Of a DNA stretch of 64,000 bases, positions 61,691-64,000 are shown one piece after another (within the stretch, counting starts at the first letter, position 1; each line of letters starts with the position of its first letter). The notes beneath the pieces are model-generated. The model saw only the letters and a list, made by a program, of their open reading frames with translations, searched no databases and was not told the DNA's origin. Both the position numbers and the translations under genes were made by a program. The stretch is from Alphaproteobacteria bacterium. GTDB taxonomy: Bacteria > Pseudomonadota > Alphaproteobacteria > UBA7887. The stretch lies in contig CBDCGL010000011.1 of assembly GCA_965216755.1 (NCBI GenBank), forward strand, positions 1,120,001 to 1,184,000, in the 5' to 3' direction.

Positions 61691-64000
61691 ATGACGGCGG
61701 TCGAAAGTTGGCTCGATAGTCTGGGGCTGCGCATTTACGCGGACATGTTTGCACGCGCCGATGTCGAGCTTGATCTTGTTCCAGGTCTGAGCGACGTCGA
61801 CCTAAAGGAGTTGGGTGTCGCGAGCCTCGGTCATCGCAAGCGAATTCTGGCCGCCGCAAAACGACTAAAGGATCAGGACGCGCTGATCCAAGACATTGCA
61901 AGCGGGACGACCGCCCCAACCGAGCATGCTCGGGAGACAGACGATCAACCTCAGGCGACGCCTTCGCCCGCCATATCGTCAATCGGCTTTGAACATTCTG
62001 ACGGCGAACGTCGCCAATTGACCGTGATGTCGTGCGATATCGCGAACGCGCTGGCCATGGGCACACGGTCTGACCCTGAGGACCTCCAACACCTTGTCAG
62101 CGTGTTTCAGAGCGTTGTGGGTGAGGTCATCTCACGGCATACGGGTTATGTCGCCCAATTTCAGTCAGGCGGTGCCCTAATCTATTTTGGTTGGCCAGAA
62201 GCGCACGAGGACGATTGCGAGCGTGCCATTCGCGCCGCGATCGACGTTGTCGAATCGCTCAATGGTGCAGGATCATCCGCAAGTCTGGATGTGCGGATCG
62301 CAATCGCCACCGGCATTGTTGTCGTCGGTCGGGCCGATCACGGACTCGGCGGTGGGCCCGATGTTGCGGTTGGGGAAGCGCCGAATTTGGCGGCCCGTTT
62401 GTTGGATTTGGCCAACGCCAACGAAATCGTTATCGCCGCAACCAGCCATCGGTTGGTCGGTCGGGCCTTCCAATACGCGGATCTGGGTGCGCAGTTTGTC
62501 GAAGGCTTCTCAGCACCTTTGCGGGCCTACAAAGTTTTGGGGCTTGGCCATGTTGGTGGCCGCTTTCAGGCAACACGCGCGACCGCGCTGACCCCGTTTG
62601 TCGGACGTCAATCGGAAATTGGAATATTACACCAACGCTGGGAGATGGCCCGCGAGGGCGATGGCCAATTGGTGACGATCGCAGGTGAACCGGGCATTGG
62701 AAAATCAAGGATCATCGAGCAGTTGCGCGCGGACATCGACGACGAGTCGCATCTTGTGGAGCAATATCAATGCTCCCCCAATCGTACCGACACACCGCTG
62801 CACCCATTCATCGATAGCATTGTTCGCGGGGCGCGGCTGGAACACGAGGAATCACCGCATGTCGCGATCACCAAATTGGAACGATTCGTCAAGGGCGTTG
62901 GCCTCCCGCCAAAGGTGACTTTGCCGGTCGTTGCGGGCTCTTTGGGCTTGGCCGATGAAATCGGCGGCGCGGCCGCGGGCGCCGGCAGGATGAAGAGTTT
63001 GCGACAAGCCCTGACCGACGCCATGGTCCAGCGTGGTCTCGATATCGCCGCCAAGACGCCCCTGCTTCTTGTTATTGAGGACGCGCACTGGATAGATCCG
63101 TCAACGGAGGAAACGGTCGGCCGTTTCATCGAACACGCGCGCGACGCACGGGTCATGATTGTGATTACGTTTCGGCCCGAATATCGGGGTCGGCTGACAG
63201 ACTTCGATCATGCCACGCGACTGGTGATTGGCAGGTTGGGTCGTCGCCACGCATCCGGACTGCTGCGGCACGTCTGTGGCGAGCGGCCACTGCCCGAGGT
63301 CGTATCACAACAGATCGTCGCCCGCGCGGACGGTATCCCGCTTTATGTGGAAGAACTCGTCAGAACCGTCTTGGACAGCGATTTGCTGACTGAGCGCAAC
63401 GGTGCGCTCGAGCTTGCCGGCCCGCTGCCAGAGTTCGCGATCCCGACGACGTTGCAGGATTCACTTATGGCGCGGCTCGACCGATTGGCGCCCGTGAAAG
63501 ACCTAGTGCAAATAGGCGCGTGCATCGGCCGCCGATTCAGCTACGACTTGTTGGCGGCTGTCGCGCCACTTCACGGCGAGGCACTGGACGATGCACTGGC
63601 GCAAATCACCGACAGCGGCCTTATCTTTGAGAGTGGAGCCCCACCCGACTCGAGCTACACGTTTCGCCACACACTGGTCCAAGAAGCGGCATATGATTCC
63701 CTTCTCACCAGCCGACGCCAGCAGATCCACGCCACTATTGCCAGGGCTATCGAGCAGAAATCTGGGCATATATTGGACGGCGAACCAGAGCTGGTCGCCC
63801 AGCACTACGCCGCCGCCGGACTCCCGGATCGCGCTGTGCCCTACTGGCTGCGCGCGGGCGAACTCGCCACGGAACGGTCCGCAAATGTCGAGGCTATCCG
63901 ACACCTGAAACGCGGACTGGCGCTGCTTGAAGCACTCCCCGTTTCGGAAGAACGCGACCGGCTTGAATTGCGTCTACAAACGGCGTTGAGCACGCCGCTT
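61691..64000 (+). CDS. SAM + class III cyclase-like + AAA (STAND-like) protein, partial; absent from the ORF track because it runs off the window
   Basis: Hand translation: MTAVESWLDSLGL...LGHRKRIL, ERRQLTVMSCD, GEAPNLAARL, GEPGIGKS, IEDAHW. Confidence 0.9.
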   Translation, partial: MTAVESWLDSLGLRIYADMFARADVELDLVPGLSDVDLKELGVASLGHRKRILAAAKRLKDQDALIQDIASGTTAPTEHARETDDQPQATPSPAISSIGFEHSDGERRQLTVMSCDIANALAMGTRSDPEDLQHLVSVFQSVVGEVISRHTGYVAQFQSGGALIYFGWPEAHEDDCERAIRAAIDVVESLNGAGSSASLDVRIAIATGIVVVGRADHGLGGGPDVAVGEAPNLAARLLDLANANEIVIAATSHRLVGRAFQYADLGAQFVEGFSAPLRAYKVLGLGHVGGRFQATRATALTPFVGRQSEIGILHQRWEMAREGDGQLVTIAGEPGIGKSRIIEQLRADIDDESHLVEQYQCSPNRTDTPLHPFIDSIVRGARLEHEESPHVAITKLERFVKGVGLPPKVTLPVVAGSLGLADEIGGAAAGAGRMKSLRQALTDAMVQRGLDIAAKTPLLLVIEDAHWIDPSTEETVGRFIEHARDARVMIVITFRPEYRGRLTDFDHATRLVIGRLGRRHASGLLRHVCGERPLPEVVSQQIVARADGIPLYVEELVRTVLDSDLLTERNGALELAGPLPEFAIPTTLQDSLMARLDRLAPVKDLVQIGACIGRRFSYDLLAAVAPLHGEALDDALAQITDSGLIFESGAPPDSSYTFRHTLVQEAAYDSLLTSRRQQIHATIARAIEQKSGHILDGEPELVAQHYAAAGLPDRAVPYWLRAGELATERSANVEAIRHLKRGLALLEALPVSEERDRLELRLQTALSTPL

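Overview
A GC-rich, probably alphaproteobacterial chromosomal segment. In order: a membrane GGDEF cyclase plus a truncated paralogue; a five-gene 2-oxoacid:ferredoxin oxidoreductase operon (IorA, an IorB-ferredoxin fusion, alpha/beta/gamma); mlaC; an aspartic protease; a degenerate cold-shock protein; aceA with a divergent RamB/ScfR regulator; a ~20 kb Wzx/Wzy polysaccharide locus; an intact IS5-family element; envelope genes including an ExeA-ATPase/coiled-coil/ankyrin giant protein; an FGE-fold protein and an amidase; a MoxR-DUF58-vWA-vWA-TPR operon converging on an operon for an atypical PQQ dehydrogenase, a cytochrome c and two unknown acidic periplasmic proteins; leucine dehydrogenase with Lrp; a second cytochrome c; and a SAM/pseudo-cyclase/AAA gene running off the end. 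The best candidate for a new system is the PQQ-dehydrogenase/MoxR-vWA module (48.3-58.3 kb). All calls come from reading motifs by eye; no searches were run.
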